Shown piece by piece: positions 29,460-38,940 of a stretch of DNA of 64,000 nt. Position numbers and translations under genes: made by a program. The notes under the pieces are model-generated. The model was not told the DNA's origin. It searched no databases and saw only the letters and a program-made list of their open reading frames with translations. The DNA comes from a virus. The stretch covers positions 1-64,000 of IMG/VR virus record IMGVR_UViG_3300045789_000711. One strand, given 5' to 3'. Every line of letters starts with the position of its first letter. Position 1 is the stretch's first letter.

Positions 29460-29927
29460 GTGAAAGAATTAATAACAGATAACCCAAGCTGCTCAATAGC
29501 CGATTACTTGGCTATGGGCGATATAGCCGTTAATTGCATGGCAGAAGAGACAAAGCATTCAGGGCTGGTGGCCAGTGATATAGAGCGCGTTTTTTATGAT
29601 GAAGACACGGGCCTTATTATCCATGTGTGTGAGTATTACCTTGATAAGCACAAGCCACACGCTCAAACGAGATTTGATGGCGTCATTACTAATCCCGTTC
29701 AGCGTTATTACTTTAATCTGACTGAGTATGAGTGCAGGCCTCAAGAAGAGATCAATGATTGGTTTGGCATTCACTACGTTGCGGTGAACTTTGGGACTAA
29801 ATGCTATGAGGTGTTGTGCTTAGATGGCCGCAATCATGATCGTGCTTCTGTCATTGCCAGCTACCCGAGTGCGTTTGATGCTATTGGTTATGCGGAAAAT
29901 ATAGATGGTGACGGCTATGTCTCTTGA
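29460..29927 (+). CDS. Hypothetical protein
   Basis: 155-aa ORF in the operon. Confidence 0.6.
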   Translation: MKELITDNPSCSIADYLAMGDIAVNCMAEETKHSGLVASDIERVFYDEDTGLIIHVCEYYLDKHKPHAQTRFDGVITNPVQRYYFNLTEYECRPQEEINDWFGIHYVAVNFGTKCYEVLCLDGRNHDRASVIASYPSAFDAIGYAENIDGDGYVS

Positions 29928-30357
29928 TATGCCAGCAATTAAGCACGAGCTTTCAATAAACGCTAATCTCGACTTAGAGGCCACCATTAACGGTGAGGGT
30001 GATACTCGCTATAAGGTGCTTGCTGTTGATTTCTATTGGAACACGATCAAGATAGAGCGCAATGGCCATGAGTTGTTTCCTGTGGATATGGTGACGATTA
30101 TTGAAAAGCCCAAGCCCGAGGGGTTCTTTCGTGGTTGGTTGTGCAATGTTAGAAATTGCGGGGCTGATTATGGTTGCGTTCATGTGTGGACGGGCCTCTA
30201 TTGCCCTCATTGCCACTATGAAATGATTCGAGTCACAACGAGCGAGTATGCATTTTGCAGTAACCCAATGCCGGATAATTGCGATTACTCCGGCAAGGTG
30301 TCAGATAAGCTGTTTTTGTTTTCGCTTATCAAAATGAATGATGTTAATCAGCGATAA
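29905..30357 (+). CDS. Hypothetical protein with Cys-rich C-terminus
   Basis: CPHC...CSNP...CDY zinc-ribbon-like. Confidence 0.6.
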   Translation: MVTAMSLDMPAIKHELSINANLDLEATINGEGDTRYKVLAVDFYWNTIKIERNGHELFPVDMVTIIEKPKPEGFFRGWLCNVRNCGADYGCVHVWTGLYCPHCHYEMIRVTTSEYAFCSNPMPDNCDYSGKVSDKLFLFSLIKMNDVNQR

Positions 30358-30366
30358 GGAAATAAC

Positions 30367-30627
30367 ATGAAGCTATTAAAGCTATCGGTAGAGTTAAATA
30401 GCGGTACGTTTAGCACGTCAGTATTAGAAACGTTCGGGATAATCCCAATGGACGAAATGATTAATGCCGACGATCATGTATCTGGTGTATTGCCAACGCT
30501 GGACTATGGCGATGAGGATTACATGGAGTGCGAGGGTTATTCGGAAATTACTTTTAAAATCGAATGGGTTGAGGGTTCGGGCTATAACTGGACGATGATT
30601 GATTCATTTTATCACGCATTAATGTAA
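30367..30627 (+). CDS. Hypothetical acidic protein
   Basis: AAGGA RBS, 86 aa. Confidence 0.6.
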   Translation: MKLLKLSVELNSGTFSTSVLETFGIIPMDEMINADDHVSGVLPTLDYGDEDYMECEGYSEITFKIEWVEGSGYNWTMIDSFYHALM

Positions 30628-30636
30628 GGCTGTTGA

Positions 30637-30972
30637 GTGACAACTAAAACGCTTAAGGCCGCACCGGAACCCAAGTACAAAAAGCTCTATTCTGAGGCCA
30701 AGCGAACCATTGCCAGTCTTGAGCTTGAGATTGAGGTGTTAAAGGATAAGGTTTATCACATAAGCAATATGGTATTAAGCGGTACCGTTGGCGATGTGGC
30801 CATTCAAAGCGGTCAGCTTGAAATCTCTGTTCCCAAGCATGTGGCCCAGTGGATGATTGAATATCAGTTACCATGGCAAGTGTTCAGGTGTGAAGAGCAT
30901 GGCCTGTGGATAGATGAGCTGGATAGCAGCTTTCCCTATCACATGGAATGTAGCAAATGCCCCAAGTGTTAA
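30637..30972 (+). CDS. Hypothetical protein with C/H zinc motif
   Basis: CEEH ... CPKC. Confidence 0.6.
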   Translation: MTTKTLKAAPEPKYKKLYSEAKRTIASLELEIEVLKDKVYHISNMVLSGTVGDVAIQSGQLEISVPKHVAQWMIEYQLPWQVFRCEEHGLWIDELDSSFPYHMECSKCPKC

Positions 30973-30981
30973 ACCCATCAT

Positions 30982-31014
30982 AAAAAAGGGCGTTCCAATC
31001 GGAGCGCCCTTTTT
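30982..31014. terminator. Bidirectional terminator
   Basis: AAAAAAGGGCGTTCC-AATC-GGAGCGCCCTTTTT. Confidence 0.85.
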
Positions 31015-31023
31015 GTATCTGCC

Positions 31024-31332
31024 TTATTCGGCTTGTTCGTCCTGTTCGGCTCGCTTGGCGGTGATCTCGATACCCATTGCGCGGCCTTGCTCGGTCATCC
31101 GGTAAGAAAGCTTAAGCGATTTCATATCTCGTGAGCGCGCGATTAAGCCATGTTCTGCCAGTTTGTGCATAGATGCCCTAAACGATGAAGCAAACACGCT
31201 AGGGCTTCTAGCTTTGTTGATAAGGGCCAGTAATGCCACTGAGTCTATCGGCTTGGTAATGTCTCGGGCTTCAAGGGCCGTTAACAGGTAAAGCGTGTCA
31301 CTCTGCAGTGCTGATAATCTCATGTTAATCAT
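31024..31332 (-). CDS. Winged-helix DNA-binding protein
   Basis: RLSALQ..TL, FRASMHKLAEHGLI.R, YRMTEQGR. Confidence 0.75.
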   Translation of the reverse strand: MINMRLSALQSDTLYLLTALEARDITKPIDSVALLALINKARSPSVFASSFRASMHKLAEHGLIARSRDMKSLKLSYRMTEQGRAMGIEITAKRAEQDEQAE

Positions 31333-34324
31333 TGTTACCTGCCTTGATAGGTAGTGGCACGTTAAGCTCTGTATTGAGCAGCTTAATAAACGCTTTCTTG
31401 GTTTTTAATGTATCACTTTCACGTCTAAACATGGGTTCTGTACTCAACGGTGAATGACTTAGCGCCCGTTTTTGGCTGTAGATAAGGTGGTTTATGCTTT
31501 GCTTGGTTAAGCTGTCTGAATGCTCACCAAGGTATTGAGTGGCATCACCACGAGGATCAATGTCTTTAAAGTCCTTTAAGAATCTATCCCATCCAAGCAA
31601 TTCAAGCATGCTGTCGTTGATGTCATGCTCATAGGTTTTCTGGCTTATCTTGCTTAGGTTTGCAAACAGGAATGAGATTGCCCTTGGTAGGTTTATGCCA
31701 AAGCCTGAATACGATAGGTTGTCTTTGTGATCTGCACTGACTAGGTAAGCCGTGACACTTATGCCATAACCTACTTTGCTATTGGTTTGCTTGGTGTACT
31801 CATCCATTTCTTCTAGAGCATGGATCATTTCATTGATCGTTGTCATGATGGCTTCGTCTTTGTCTTCGTCGTCATCCATGGCGGTAACATGGCTTATCTG
31901 GTTAAGCATAAAGATAAGCTGCTGCTTGTTCTTACTGGCCATATTCCTTAGTGTCCGGTACTCGTTGCCGTTCAGTCTCTTTTCGCTAAGGTTAAAGCGC
32001 GCTAGTTCATCATGCAGCGCTTGGCTTACTGGGTAGGTTTGCACTTCTGAGCCGACAATCTCAGTGTTAGCTATGCTGCCATCAATGCCTAGCTGGTGGC
32101 ATGCAAAGAAAGGGGTAATGCTGTTATACATCTTAACGCCATAGCCGTTAATTAGGCGGCTAGAAGCAGCAATGATAAACACTTGAGCGCCTACCTTGCT
32201 CGCATACAGTGGGACATCACCCATTTCAACGATTAGCGCTGTAGCACGTTCGGTAGACGTCTTGTTAAAAGCCATCACCTTGTTATGGTTGTTCACTATG
32301 CTGGTGGCTGCAGCTTTAGCCTTAATTGGGCTAGTGCCGTCGTAATCTCGGTACCAGTCCATGATCATCATGTGCAAGTCGTCATCACTCATCATTGGGT
32401 AGTGTTCAACCAATATCGCTTTAATGTCAGCGGTTTGTGCCTGAATGGCCTTTATTGCCTGCCTAGCCTTAACTAAGAAGATCATAAGGTCATTACCAAA
32501 CAGTCTAGAGCGGTGAAGCTTTGAGTTGATAGCAGACTCAACGAACGACGGCTTAAGCGTCATAAGGTTAATGGCGCTTCGACTTCTGCAGGGGAACGCG
32601 CGAAAGTTCTTAGTGGTTGGTTTGGGCCAGTTCTTTTTAAGCTCAATCATGAGGATCGGTTCACCACTAAACAAAGTGATCCGGCCTAGGTTCAATGAGT
32701 CCACGCCAACAATGTAGCCTTGGCCTGCGGGTCTGCTTATTTCGTTGTCCGGCATATCCCAGTCAGAGCGGTAGTTCTCATCGTAATCAACTTTGAATGC
32801 GCTCGGTATGCATGACTGAGTAAAGAAATCTTTAGGTGAGTAAATCGCTATGTCACCTTTACTGAATAGCGGAAGCTCTGCAGCCTCTATAATCTCGATA
32901 GCAGGGCTTTTCTTGCCATCCCCTAGTAGATTGTCCTCGATATCAACAAAGGTGCAATTTTGCTTGATATAGGCCTCTTCTAACAACGACTTGCCTTGTG
33001 CTTCACGGGGGAAGTCACCAAACACAATCGCGCCGCCTGATAGTTGCCTATCTTTGACGCCTTGGAGTATGGCCACCAGCTTATGATAAGTGTCGCTCAT
33101 GGTCTTAAATTCGCGTTGCTTGTCTACTAGCTTGGTCGATCGTGAATAGACGTTATCAAAGAAATCATTCATTTCACTTTGAATAGGGAACAAACGGGCG
33201 TTATGTTCGACGGGTGAGTAAATGGCACTGATACGTTGGCCATCACGAACCATTAAGAAAGCGGCCTTGTTCATGCTGTTGCGTGTGGCCCATTGTGCAG
33301 CCGACATATCAGCGTAGTGCTTTTCTCTGCGAGTAGGTCTTATTGTGATAATGGCGCGTTCACTTGGAAATATGCGCTCTATCAATGATGGTGTTGCCTT
33401 AAGGTACTCAATGAAGAAATCAGCGTTAGAATAATCAAAGTCTTGGCTGTCTGTGTAAACCTCATTCACGGCTATCTCTTCATCCATGTAGACCATAGAT
33501 GAATACAAGCTAATCGGTTCGTTGCTGGTGGACACGTCGCCATCAATCAATGTCACTATCTCAACGTCTTCACCTAAGTAGTGCTTCATGATGTCGATTT
33601 TAATCATCACATTGCCTACTTTGCGTAGCATATCGTTAGACTTGCCCGTCATGGCCTTAGCGGTTTCCATCATAAGGCTGGTGGCCTTTTCAAGCGTGTT
33701 AGCCAGTTCTTTAGATTTAGATGCAGCCAGTTTGTTGGCCATGCGCCCTAACGTGGCTTGGTTCTCAAATCGTTTCTTGTGGTCTTGAACCACGCCCATG
33801 GTGCCTGCTTCCGGTATCAGCTCTTTGCTGCGTGAGCTGATTTGGTCGGGTGACGGTAGCCCAATAGCGCTATGTAGGTTTGCTTTCTCATCGGTCACAC
33901 TGCTGTCTTTGCTTTGTTCAAGCAATCTAAGCAGGGCGTTTGGATCGGTTAGTGCTAACTGGATGTCGGCTTGTATTGCTTCTGCGTCATGCTGCAGTGC
34001 GAGTAATTGCTGCTTTCTAATGGCCTCGGCTTCGCTCTTAGGTACTGGGGTGAAGTCACGGGTGAAACGTTCAAAGTCCAGTCTGATGCTTGAGCCTTGT
34101 GATATACGCTTGTTGGCATAGATCTCAACGGTCTGAATATCATTTGTAATTAGGTTTTCTAAAAGGTCAGTAATGATGTAGATTTCATTGCTAACTAATA
34201 GCGTTGTTCTTTCCTCGCTATCTTCGTTTACAGGGGTGTAGCGCCAATACTCACCGAACTCAAGCGATAGCAGGCGGTCTACGCGCTCACACTCGCTTTT
34301 AACGTCTTTACTGATGTTGCTCAT
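31325..34324 (-). CDS. Large hypothetical protein (999 aa)
   Basis: Long ORF with GGTAGG RBS, N-terminal coiled coil, YMDEE segment; coupled to the wHTH gene. Confidence 0.85.
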   Translation of the reverse strand: MSNISKDVKSECERVDRLLSLEFGEYWRYTPVNEDSEERTTLLVSNEIYIITDLLENLITNDIQTVEIYANKRISQGSSIRLDFERFTRDFTPVPKSEAEAIRKQQLLALQHDAEAIQADIQLALTDPNALLRLLEQSKDSSVTDEKANLHSAIGLPSPDQISSRSKELIPEAGTMGVVQDHKKRFENQATLGRMANKLAASKSKELANTLEKATSLMMETAKAMTGKSNDMLRKVGNVMIKIDIMKHYLGEDVEIVTLIDGDVSTSNEPISLYSSMVYMDEEIAVNEVYTDSQDFDYSNADFFIEYLKATPSLIERIFPSERAIITIRPTRREKHYADMSAAQWATRNSMNKAAFLMVRDGQRISAIYSPVEHNARLFPIQSEMNDFFDNVYSRSTKLVDKQREFKTMSDTYHKLVAILQGVKDRQLSGGAIVFGDFPREAQGKSLLEEAYIKQNCTFVDIEDNLLGDGKKSPAIEIIEAAELPLFSKGDIAIYSPKDFFTQSCIPSAFKVDYDENYRSDWDMPDNEISRPAGQGYIVGVDSLNLGRITLFSGEPILMIELKKNWPKPTTKNFRAFPCRSRSAINLMTLKPSFVESAINSKLHRSRLFGNDLMIFLVKARQAIKAIQAQTADIKAILVEHYPMMSDDDLHMMIMDWYRDYDGTSPIKAKAAATSIVNNHNKVMAFNKTSTERATALIVEMGDVPLYASKVGAQVFIIAASSRLINGYGVKMYNSITPFFACHQLGIDGSIANTEIVGSEVQTYPVSQALHDELARFNLSEKRLNGNEYRTLRNMASKNKQQLIFMLNQISHVTAMDDDEDKDEAIMTTINEMIHALEEMDEYTKQTNSKVGYGISVTAYLVSADHKDNLSYSGFGINLPRAISFLFANLSKISQKTYEHDINDSMLELLGWDRFLKDFKDIDPRGDATQYLGEHSDSLTKQSINHLIYSQKRALSHSPLSTEPMFRRESDTLKTKKAFIKLLNTELNVPLPIKAGNND

Positions 34325-34359
34325 TGATTACCTACCCGATTAAATGACTGCTGTTAATG

Positions 34360-34403
34360 TTGCCACGCAATGATAACGAATATCTGTAATTATTGCCACG
34401 CAA
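34360..34403 (-). promoter_or_regulatory. Promoter (TGGCAA-17-TATCAT) bracketed by two TTGCCACGCAA operators
   Basis: Identical 11-mers at 34360 and 34393, each TTGC-N3-GCAA. Confidence 0.7.
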
Positions 34404-34415
34404 GAATAAGGATGC

Positions 34416-34439
34416 AAAAAAGCCGCACGATGGCGGCTT
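34416..34439 (-). terminator. Intrinsic terminator of the dndB-like operon
   Basis: AAGCCGC-CATCGT-GCGGCTTTTTT on the minus strand. Confidence 0.8.
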
Positions 34440-34458
34440 GATTTAGTGGCTAATTGGG

Positions 34459-34818
34459 CTACTGCGCGGCTTCGTAGTCGTCTAACATTTCATAGAAGTC
34501 TTGGTATAAGTCCATTTTGTCGCAGTTATCAAATAGCGTCTTAACATCTACCTTGTTCTGGGCCACCAGCAAGCGCGCATTGATGTTATCCGGCCCTACC
34601 ATACCCATGTAACCCGCACACGCAAACGGCTGGCCCTCTTTGCTCTTATGACACGCCATTATCGTAAAGTAGCCGTTCTGGTCGCTGCCTCTTGGCGGTA
34701 CCGTGTTGGCTAGGTTGCGCATTAGCTCAATGCTAAAGTTGGGTATGTCTTCGCCTGTGGTCGGGTTTGCTTTGATCCACGGGCATGACGCGCAAGGCTT
34801 GGTATCACACATTTTCAT
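34459..34818 (-). CDS. DUF6283-like Cys-rich protein
   Basis: PCASCPW ... MACH ... CAG. Confidence 0.7.
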   Translation of the reverse strand: MKMCDTKPCASCPWIKANPTTGEDIPNFSIELMRNLANTVPPRGSDQNGYFTIMACHKSKEGQPFACAGYMGMVGPDNINARLLVAQNKVDVKTLFDNCDKMDLYQDFYEMLDDYEAAQ

Positions 34819-34829
34819 GATGGCTATTC

Positions 34830-35219
34830 CTAAAACTTAATTTGTTCAACGTCGCACTGGTAAAGGTTGGCAAAGCTTAATAGCGCCTTGGCTCGCTTTG
34901 CGCCGTTCTTTTCAAAGATGGCTACTGATGATTGCTTGATGTCCAGCGCCTTGGCTGCTGCAGCCTGTGTCATGCCTCGGTGAATGCGCCAAGCGGCCAG
35001 TGGTGTAACGCCTTGCGCGCGAATGATGTCTATCACTTCTTGCGGCTGCTCAATGACTGGCGTGTTATCCGGCAAGCGGTCTATCTCAGCCATGGCACCG
35101 CGTAATTTATTCGCTAAGTGAGCAATCCCCAGTGACGTACAGTAGGCGTTAAAGGCCTCTACTTTGCTTATTTTGCCACTGGCTAGGTCGCCAGTGATGT
35201 GCGTGGGTAAGTGCTGCAT
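34830..35219 (-). CDS. XRE-family HTH protein (HigA-like)
   Basis: TPLAAWRIHRGMTQAAAAKALDIKQSSVA.FEK. Confidence 0.8.
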   Translation of the reverse strand: MQHLPTHITGDLASGKISKVEAFNAYCTSLGIAHLANKLRGAMAEIDRLPDNTPVIEQPQEVIDIIRAQGVTPLAAWRIHRGMTQAAAAKALDIKQSSVAIFEKNGAKRAKALLSFANLYQCDVEQIKF

Positions 35220-35229
35220 GAATAAACCT

Positions 35230-35418
35230 CTATGGTTCTGGGTAGTATTGATTATTGTAATAAGCGCCGTCCGGTACGTCGTAATGCGGCACTATCTCAC
35301 ACGGGCAGTCCCAGACATTCACAAAGTCAGCCTTTGCCGCCTCGGCGGCTTCTAGCGTGGCGAATGGCTTTGAATAGGTACTACAACCGCTTACCGTGAT
35401 TTGAAGCTTGTGTTTCAT
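35230..35418 (-). CDS. Hypothetical small protein
   Basis: 62 aa packed within the operon. Confidence 0.55.
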   Translation of the reverse strand: MKHKLQITVSGCSTYSKPFATLEAAEAAKADFVNVWDCPCEIVPHYDVPDGAYYNNQYYPEP

Positions 35419-35426
35419 AGTGGCCC

Positions 35427-36458
35427 TTATGCGCGGCTTCTAACAGCGCGAGTGATAACGGTTGCTGTCGCTTGGATAGAGGCCGGATTGTTGATCATCT
35501 TACCCGTCTCGCTCACACAAAAGTTAACCCACTTGTCACGACGCCAAAATGTGTCATTGCGTAGCTTATCAAACAATTCAGGCTTGATGTCGCGTGTGAT
35601 TGCAAAGTGGGCCAGTTCGGCCAGTGCCATAAGCGTGACATTGTGGCCCAGAACAAGCTCGGTTCTAAAGTCTTTGCCTGAGCCTGTAACGGTATAAGAG
35701 CGCATTAGGTAGCTGATGTTGATAGAAGAGAATAGCGTGTTGGTGTAGTTCTCAAGCACGGCTAACGCTTCGCCTTTGTCCTCAACAAAAGACATCACTT
35801 TAAGGGCGAACGCCTTAAGGGCTTTGATTGAGTAAATCTTGTCTGACTTACCGGACACGGCATTTTTCTCATACTCGATAGCATTACCAATCACTGAGCG
35901 CTTCATGATGTTAACGATTTCTTGGTCGCGTTCACTGCGGTCATTGTACGTCATACAGATAGCGGCCGATGGCTTGGCCTGAGTAAAGTTGATGTCATGG
36001 AACGCTTGTTGGCGCTGCTTAAGCGTGAGGTTATCAAATAGCATGATGCTTACCATTTGAGACGCAAAGTTAGCATCAACGTCGGCGCGCGCTAACAACT
36101 CTTTAATACCAGTTGCACGATGTTGGCCATCAAACAGCTTAACCAAAGCAGCCATAGGAATAGATAGCGTTCCGGTGTTTTCCATACCCGTAATAGGTGA
36201 GGCTGTGAACGTACACTCACTGCTAACGTGTCCAATCACCGGAGGGATGATGTAGAAGCCGTCTTTATTATCTTGGATGTAGTTAGCCACCTTTTTAGCG
36301 CGGATCTTGTTAACGATGCGCTGTGAACGCTCGTTAACGTCTTCGGCGTCGTCCAGTTTGAATAAGGCGGCAAGTGTTGAGAATGGGGCAATCGCTTGAT
36401 AGAAAACTCGACCGTTTTGCATGCCGCGTAAGGCTGGGATATTAAAACAATAGTTCAT
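35427..36458 (-). CDS. DndB-like DGQHR domain protein
   Basis: IPALRGMQ, RSQR.VN..RA, LFDGQHRATGI, QQAFHDIN. Confidence 0.85.
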   Translation of the reverse strand: MNYCFNIPALRGMQNGRVFYQAIAPFSTLAALFKLDDAEDVNERSQRIVNKIRAKKVANYIQDNKDGFYIIPPVIGHVSSECTFTASPITGMENTGTLSIPMAALVKLFDGQHRATGIKELLARADVDANFASQMVSIMLFDNLTLKQRQQAFHDINFTQAKPSAAICMTYNDRSERDQEIVNIMKRSVIGNAIEYEKNAVSGKSDKIYSIKALKAFALKVMSFVEDKGEALAVLENYTNTLFSSINISYLMRSYTVTGSGKDFRTELVLGHNVTLMALAELAHFAITRDIKPELFDKLRNDTFWRRDKWVNFCVSETGKMINNPASIQATATVITRAVRSRA

Positions 36459-36653
36459 GGTGATACCTCAAAAGCAATAAAAAATAGGGATAGGCGTTGC
36501 CTGTTGAGTCGAATGCTAAGCGTTTCCCTGAATTATCGCAATAGGTAAATATAGGTTTATATAGTTATTTATAGTCTTTTTAGGGAAAAGCCTAATAAAT
36601 ATAATTGATTGCTCGTTAGGGCGTTTTAAATTACTCTTTGGTTATCTTGGCGC

Positions 36654-36701
36654 GTAACCGATTAACGAACCGTTATCGTAACCGTTACCCGCCTATTCTC
36701 G
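36654..36701. promoter_or_regulatory. par operon operator matching the centromere repeat
   Basis: GTAACCGATTAACG (36654-36667) is the exact reverse complement of the core of the 24-bp repeats. Confidence 0.75.
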
Positions 36702-36702
36702 T

Positions 36703-37356
36703 ATGGAAATAATGAGGTTCAAAATGGCAATAGTCGTTGTAGCAAGTGGTAAGGGAGGTGTCGGTAAAACGGCGCTGGTTACTAACATATTTGAGAAGCT
36801 TGGCGCTTCTGCAATTATCGATACCGACGTTCACGGCGGCTCAACGACAATGGACGGACTGCGGGAAGATAAGATCCCGTTCTTAGTCAGGGCCAAGACT
36901 GTTGCGGAGCTGGTACCGCTTTTAGAAATGGACTCAACGGACAGAATAACGCTAATTGATTGCGGCGGCTTCGACGATGATTTAACCCGTGTCGCGTTAG
37001 CCAATGCCGATATGATCATCGCCCCAACGAACGAGTCACCTATTGAGCGCGCGGCAATCAATAAGCTTAGTGGCATCATTGCAATGATTAGTGAAGAAGT
37101 AGGTCGAGAGGTTCGCGGCCATGTGCTGTATTGCCGATTCAATCAGAACAAGCGCAAGTTCGATAAGCTCGATGCAATGATAGAGTCGCTTGATAACATG
37201 ACAACGCTAGATGTCACCATACCTAGCCACCAGTCTGTTATTGCTGCGTCAGAGTTCGGTGAAAGAGTTAAATCAGGTGTTATGCCTGTAAAGTATGACC
37301 GTCTAGTGTCAATCATTCACAACTATTTAATTGAAACAGGGGCGTATAAGCCATGA
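36703..37356 (+). CDS. parA: Short Walker-type ParA (type Ib)
   Basis: SGKGGVGKT, IDTD, LIDCGG, ADMIIAP. Confidence 0.9.
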   Translation: MEIMRFKMAIVVVASGKGGVGKTALVTNIFEKLGASAIIDTDVHGGSTTMDGLREDKIPFLVRAKTVAELVPLLEMDSTDRITLIDCGGFDDDLTRVALANADMIIAPTNESPIERAAINKLSGIIAMISEEVGREVRGHVLYCRFNQNKRKFDKLDAMIESLDNMTTLDVTIPSHQSVIAASEFGERVKSGVMPVKYDRLVSIIHNYLIETGAYKP

Positions 37357-37673
37357 ACGAGCCAAAGAAAAGCATACTAACCCGTGTTGGCACCCCATCG
37401 GTAATAACGACAAGCCCACAAGTGAAGCGTGATGTTGTGCTAACTGTTGGCAAGTCGTCACTAACCAGCCGCAAGCCAAGACCAAGAGATAAGGTTAAAG
37501 ACGGCTGTGCTAACTACACGCTACGCAATTTACCAAAGGCCAGCAAAGTACGTTATGACGATATTATCGCTGCAGGGCTGTTTCGAGAGAGCTATACCCA
37601 ATTCATGCTTGATGCTATTGAGGAAAAGCTTAAGAAAATGGAACGCAAAATACAAAAAGAGGCGACTAAGTGA
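37353..37673 (+). CDS. Small centromere-binding protein (ParG/RHH-like)
   Basis: ATGA-coupled to parA; disordered N-terminus; C-terminal strand-helix-helix SYTQFMLDAIEEKL. Confidence 0.7.
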   Translation: MNEPKKSILTRVGTPSVITTSPQVKRDVVLTVGKSSLTSRKPRPRDKVKDGCANYTLRNLPKASKVRYDDIIAAGLFRESYTQFMLDAIEEKLKKMERKIQKEATK

Positions 37674-37952
37674 TATCTATTTTTAAGAGTGCGCTTAGGC
37701 GTTCTCTTGTGATGCAGATGAGTAAATATATTAATAAGCTTATCGTTGTTGTAATAGGTTTTTTAATAATATACGCCTCAAGTATTTATAATTATTTTAG
37801 TTCAACTTTTTGATTATAATTATTTTAAAACAAACCCGTTAACTCGGGTTTTTTATTGCCTTAATTTTAGTAACTAAAATCGCTGTAAGCTTATGTTTGT
37901 TAATGGTTAATACGCCTTTACTTGTTGCCTTTGTGTTTGTTTTTATGGCTTA

Positions 37953-38120
37953 TGTTTCGGCCCGTTAATCGGTTACGGTTTCGGCCCGTTAATCGGTTAC
38001 TATTTCGGGCCGTTAATCGGTTACTATTCCGGCCCGTTAATCGGTTACTATTCCGGCCCGTTAATCGGTTACTGTTTCGGCCCGTTAATCGGTTACTGTT
38101 TCGGCCCGTTAATCGGTTAC
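37953..38120 (+). repeat. 7 x 24-bp tandem repeat (NNTTYCGGCCCGTTAATCGGTTAC), candidate centromere parS
   Basis: Copies at 37953, 37977, 38001, 38025, 38049, 38073 and 38097. Confidence 0.85.
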
Positions 38121-38626
38121 GTCACTTGTTGGTAATAACGCCCAATACCCGCCAGTAACCCGCCATAAACCCGCGTGTGTTTATTTCACAATTAATAGGT
38201 ATATCGGGGGGGATATATCTATTTAATTAACGGCAATTATGGCCGGACATCCTAAAAGTGAACGTGGTGAAACACCGCGCGCGTGAAACACAATGGCAAA
38301 ATTGTCAATGGTGTAATTGGTGATCTGGTGATAATTAATAAAATGCGCCATTCCCTGTTTTATTGTTGCCTAGGTCAATAATTCATGAATGATATTTAGC
38401 GCGTCGCTACGTGAATACTTTAGATTCTGCTTGGCCATTGCACCCAAACATTTAAGCAGCGCATACATTAGGTTCAAGAATACCTATTCTAGAACCTAGG
38501 CGGTTCAAGCTTATAAAATAGGATACCTATTAAAAACAACGGCTTACGTCATAAAACACCCGCTTAACTGTCCTACTGAGCTTGACGCAAAACCCGCTAT
38601 TGGGCCTTGTTTTTGGCCCTAACAGG

Positions 38627-38689
38627 TGAACCCACTTGAACCAACACGTTTACACGCGCATAATGGTCGAGTTAGTTCAATTGGGTTCA
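38627..38689 (+). promoter_or_regulatory. TA promoter TTGAAC-17-CATAAT flanked by an inverted repeat
   Basis: TGAACCCACTTGAACC ... AGTTCAATTGGGTTCA. Confidence 0.65.
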
Positions 38690-38706
38690 ATTAGAGAGGT
38701 GTCAAA

Positions 38707-38940
38707 ATGCAAATCAACTTACATGAAGCAAAAGCAAAATTGTCGGCGCTGGTCGAAATGAGTGTCGAGGGTGAAGAGGTGATCATCGCCAAGGCGGGAA
38801 AGCCACTTGCTCGATTGGTTCGTTATGAGAAAGTGCAGCAACCAAGAACGCTTGGCATATTGGCAGGCAAGATAATCATTCCTGACAACTTCAATGATGA
38901 AGACCAAGACATTAACGATATGTTCTACGGGGCCAAATAA
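38707..38940 (+). CDS. Phd/YefM family antitoxin
   Basis: INLHEAKAKLSALVE...GEEVIIAKAGKPLARLV. Confidence 0.92.
   Translation: MQINLHEAKAKLSALVEMSVEGEEVIIAKAGKPLARLVRYEKVQQPRTLGILAGKIIIPDNFNDEDQDINDMFYGAK

Noticed and set aside
37953-38120. CRISPR array
   Set aside because: No spacers; pure tandem repeat
37922-38158. 78-aa ORF with LFRPVNR repeats
   Set aside because: Translation of the 24-bp DNA array; no RBS; the same motif appears inverted in the parA promoter, so it acts as DNA
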